NCBI GenBank assembly: GCA_016840085.1
Contig: JAEOTA010000022.1
Span: forward strand, 1-64,000
Origin: Promethearchaeota archaeon
GTDB lineage: Archaea > Asgardarchaeota > Lokiarchaeia > Sigyniarchaeales > SOKP01
Length of the DNA: 64,000 bases
Direction: 5' to 3'
The notes below the pieces were generated by a model. The model made no database searches. It worked only from the letters and a program-made list of their open reading frames with translations, and was not told where the DNA came from. Position 1 is the stretch's first letter, and the number at the start of each line of letters is the position of its first letter. Made by a program: the position numbers and the translations under genes. This document shows, piece by piece, positions 60,973 through 64,000 of the stretch.

Positions 60973-61336
60973 GTAAGTTATATTTTAATCTTTTTTTTTA
61001 GAAAATTTAAAATTTGGATTAAAATGATTGAATCATTTTGATAATATTTTTTATTAAAATCAGTGTATCTTTTAATTGATAGCTAAATACGTATGCAATA
61101 TTAAAAAAAGAATAAATCGAGATTTCATTTAATAGAAGTTGTAATTTCAACAACTCTGTATTCCTTAAAAATTAAGCAATGTGTAATAATGGGCTAATCA
61201 ATTTTCGAAGAAAATATTGAATTATTAATAAAAGTGAAATCTCAAAAAATTAAGGATTCAAGGCTTTATCTAATAAAAATCAACTTTTCGATTTTGTCGG
61301 AAAAATTATTTTAACATTAATAAATCGATCTGATCC

Positions 61337-61402
61337 TCGAATCAATATGATCTCTTATGAGAGATATGATCTCTCCTTGATTCGAATCATAACATTTATA
61401 TA
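61337..61402 (+). promoter_or_regulatory. Nested-symmetry element and TATA box upstream of the histone gene
   Basis: TCGAATCAA...TTGATTCGA inverted repeat, two ATATGATCTCT direct repeats, perfect palindrome TGATTCGAATCA, then TTTATATA at 61395; GGAGG at 61462. Confidence 0.5.
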
Positions 61403-61473
61403 ATAGAAATGTGTAGTAATACTTAATTAACATTTATTTTACAAAACAATAAAAAAATTGTGGAGGAATAAAA

Positions 61474-61707
61474 ATGGCTAAAAAGAAAGCTCCTGCGAAA
61501 AAATCTGAAGGATACATTGCGAAAGCACCTATAAGAAGATTAATGAAAAAAGAAGGCGCAGATCTAGTTGCTGCTGAAGCACTAGACAAATTGATTAACT
61601 TCTTAGAAACGAGTGCTGCTACAGCAACTAAAGACGCTATAAAGGTATGTAAAGCGGACAAACGGAAGAGAGTAACTGCCGCAGATATTCGCGCCGCAAC
61701 TCGCTAA
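61474..61707 (+). CDS. Archaeal histone with Lys-rich N-terminal tail
   Basis: IAKAPIRRLMKKEGA...A...RKRVTAADI histone fold; MAKKKAPAKKSEG tail; strong SD. Confidence 0.92.
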   Translation: MAKKKAPAKKSEGYIAKAPIRRLMKKEGADLVAAEALDKLINFLETSAATATKDAIKVCKADKRKRVTAADIRAATR

Positions 61708-61713
61708 ATATCC

Positions 61714-61950
61714 TTAGATTTTAAATACTAACGATAAATTCTTTTTTTTTTTTTCTTGATTTTCACCTATGGTGTCAAGCTCGATCTGAAAAGTGGGGGT
61801 AAATGTATCTGAGCTGTCGCTAAATATAGATTCTGGTGTATATTCATGATATTCGACAAATAACAGTTGTATTTGTTCTTTAAGGTGTCTATCAATATCG
61901 CCTTGTTTGGCTATTGTTTCCCAATATTCAGGGATCTTGATCTCAACCAT
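61714..61950 (-). CDS. Small hypothetical protein
   Basis: 78 aa; ATG preceded by AGGAGG. Confidence 0.65.
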   Translation of the reverse strand: MVEIKIPEYWETIAKQGDIDRHLKEQIQLLFVEYHEYTPESIFSDSSDTFTPTFQIELDTIGENQEKKKKNLSLVFKI

Positions 61951-62186
61951 ATTTGTTATTTCCTCCTATTTTTCTTTTGGTAGTATGAATTATAAGAACG
62001 ATTGGGTATTTATATCCTAATAAATTTTGACTTAATTTACTTAAAACGCTCTAAGGTCTATTAGATAAATTTAAAAGTATAAAAAAATAAAGATTTAATT
62101 TGAATTGGAAAATTTTTTTTTCTTACTGATTGACATTCTACCAAGTTATTTTATATTTTAAATTGGAATTTATCTTTTCATGTTTA

Positions 62187-63047
62187 TTATGACTCAAATA
62201 AGTATTTTCTTCGTAATTTTATTTTAGCTTCAATCGCTTTATATATTATAAGGTAAATCCATGAGATAAAGACCCACATAATCCCAATAAGGGCATAGAT
62301 AGAGGGCGTGAACCACCAATATTCAGCTTTAATGAGATTAAGTCCGGGTAAAGTAAGTTGTGATATTAATATCCCAAAGACTATAAATGGTACTACCGTA
62401 AGTATTCCGATCAGAATGCCATATTTGAGGATATATCGTAATAATTCTTTAAGATCTATAGGGGTTCTATAAAGATAATCTATTAGTAATGCTGCGAAGA
62501 TAGGAATTGACACCAGAAATAAAGATAACACAATAAGAAAAATAACATAAAATACATGTAATACGGAATCAAGAATTCCTGGCGATTCTGGAGTTTTCTG
62601 AATATCAAGCACCTTAAACTGTATCATTAGAGGTGTATTGAAAGATTCATCGGTGCTGTTGCCATATGTCAACGCTGGCTTATTGGTAATATCATCAATT
62701 CCATCACGTTCTTGGTCAATACAACTATTCAACCAAATTATATCGCTTTTATAATGTAGTTTTTTTCCAAGTAAATTGTTATACAATCCTAAAATAAGTC
62801 CATCAGTCTGATTCTTTGTGATGGGAATCATTCTAACCCATAAAGTCTCATTATAAATAGGATCTGAGTAGCTATACAGCATACGCGCGTCAGATTCCCA
62901 GATAGTATAGTGAATCTGAACATTATCATATTTTCTAACTTTTTCTGGTATTGGTCTAGCGAAAATAGCAATAATAACGACAACCAAAACAACACTAATC
63001 AATATTATATTTCTAGTTCTTTTTGAAAGAGTAATATTTTTAGTCAT
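62187..63047 (-). CDS. Membrane protein with degenerate FKBP-like extracellular domain
   Basis: N-terminal TM; KVRKYDNVQIHYTIW...GLILGLYNNLLG...FKVLDI; three C-terminal TMs. Confidence 0.65.
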   Translation of the reverse strand: MTKNITLSKRTRNIILISVVLVVVIIAIFARPIPEKVRKYDNVQIHYTIWESDARMLYSYSDPIYNETLWVRMIPITKNQTDGLILGLYNNLLGKKLHYKSDIIWLNSCIDQERDGIDDITNKPALTYGNSTDESFNTPLMIQFKVLDIQKTPESPGILDSVLHVFYVIFLIVLSLFLVSIPIFAALLIDYLYRTPIDLKELLRYILKYGILIGILTVVPFIVFGILISQLTLPGLNLIKAEYWWFTPSIYALIGIMWVFISWIYLIIYKAIEAKIKLRRKYLFES

Positions 63048-63113
63048 TTGGTATATCTTTAGTTATTCTCAATAATATCTAATTAAAAATAAAATAAATA
63101 AAGAAAAAAAAAA

Positions 63114-64000
63114 TTAAGTGATTTTGAATTTTCTCTTTCTTTTCTCTAACACTACTATGAAAGATATGATACCTACAGTTCCAATTAATAACGTGTAATT
63201 ATATCCCGGAATAAAGGGCTTTTTCCCATCAATTTCCTCTTCCACTTCATATTCGTCAAAATAGACCGTAAGTGTCGGATCATGGCGTAACCGTTCTCCG
63301 CTCCATACAGGATAATTTTGCGTCTCTAATCTGAATAGACTATCAGCTATGTTAAATGAAGGGTCTTGTTTGACAATATCTACCAATGTAAAAATAGAAT
63401 TTATAAAAGGTTGTTCATGGTACGAAGACGAGTCCATATACCACATTACCATTGGATGAATGCTTCCGCCTTCAGATTCAAGAACTGTATTTTTATCTGA
63501 TATTGGAAAGTCATAAAGTGTATAATTCTTCTTGTCCGGTCCGCCCATGTTAATTGTTGCAACCAGGGTATCATTTGACTCAAAATCAAAAGTGCTACAA
63601 GGTAGGCTTAATGCTTTAGTGTCAATTTCATCAATATCAAAGGTAGACAGAAAATAATTATATTGAGGCATTACTAATCCATACCCTTGAGATGCGTCAT
63701 ATAAGCTAGCGTTAGTAATTTTTCCAAGTTCCCAAGTAACATCCAAATCTGTTTGATTTTCTCCTACATTATAATCATATTCGAAAGAATAATCAAAAGG
63801 ACAGGAATGAATATATGATGAGTTCCCTTCCGTTCTAAAGAGACCTAATGAATACATTAGCCCTACATCTGTAGGATACCCCGGATATGTTATTCCCCAA
63901 GTTACATTAGCATCTGTAGTGTCTGTAGGAGGAGTGAATTGAATAGTGGAGGCGATTTCACTTACAGATTTATCTATGGGATACAACCAATGTCCCGACC
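63114..64000 (-). CDS. Surface (glyco)protein with IPGY/Loki-CTERM-type sorting signal; 3' part, frame open to window edge
   Basis: IPGYN + TM helix + KRKRK tail; several N-x-S/T sequons. Confidence 0.8.
   Translation of the reverse strand, partial: SGHWLYPIDKSVSEIASTIQFTPPTDTTDANVTWGITYPGYPTDVGLMYSLGLFRTEGNSSYIHSCPFDYSFEYDYNVGENQTDLDVTWELGKITNASLYDASQGYGLVMPQYNYFLSTFDIDEIDTKALSLPCSTFDFESNDTLVATINMGGPDKKNYTLYDFPISDKNTVLESEGGSIHPMVMWYMDSSSYHEQPFINSIFTLVDIVKQDPSFNIADSLFRLETQNYPVWSGERLRHDPTLTVYFDEYEVEEEIDGKKPFIPGYNYTLLIGTVGIISFIVVLEKRKRKFKIT

Noticed and set aside
1288-61661. Short antisense or overlapping ORFs in the track (e.g. 1288..1509, 14892..15164, 17730..17951, 21132..21347, 28312..28524, 35637..35915, 39722..39997, 43908..44141, 52875..53120, 61434..61661)
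   Set aside because: They are shadows of longer, motif-bearing genes and have no recognisable features
1-64000. CRISPR array, tRNA or rRNA genes
   Set aside because: No regularly spaced repeats and no cloverleaf- or rRNA-like GC-rich segments were seen by eye

Overview
AT-rich archaeal DNA, almost certainly Lokiarchaeia (Asgard). The assignment rests on archaeal uS13-uS4-uS11, a Rab-like GTPase, a tailed histone, an IPGY-type (Loki-CTERM) surface protein and UGA-selenoproteins. About 2.0-43.9 kb is a defence/accessory island abutting the 3' end of rps11. It is bracketed by two copies of the 3' end of a Zn-finger gene and contains internal direct repeats and pseudogenes. Familiar components are a complete type I RM system, an OLD-like ATPase-TOPRIM nuclease, an XRE-IrrE/PIN pair, an EVE-nuclease, a HEPN-STAND-TPR-CSD (Avs/NLR-like) protein, several other HEPN proteins and an IS630. 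Three unusual fusions stand out: RNase HIII-Schlafen; a catalytically degenerate copy of the neighbouring HsdM fused to a half-HsdS and a HEPN domain (candidate RM decoy/guard); and LRR-nitrilase. The right third is core genome. It includes an hdrA-mvhD-frhB operon that the ORF track fragments because it has four in-frame UGA (Sec) codons, with one eukaryote-like SECIS candidate, followed by serS, cofC, a Rab-like GTPase, trmB and a histone. All domain calls are by-eye motif recognition; no searches were run.
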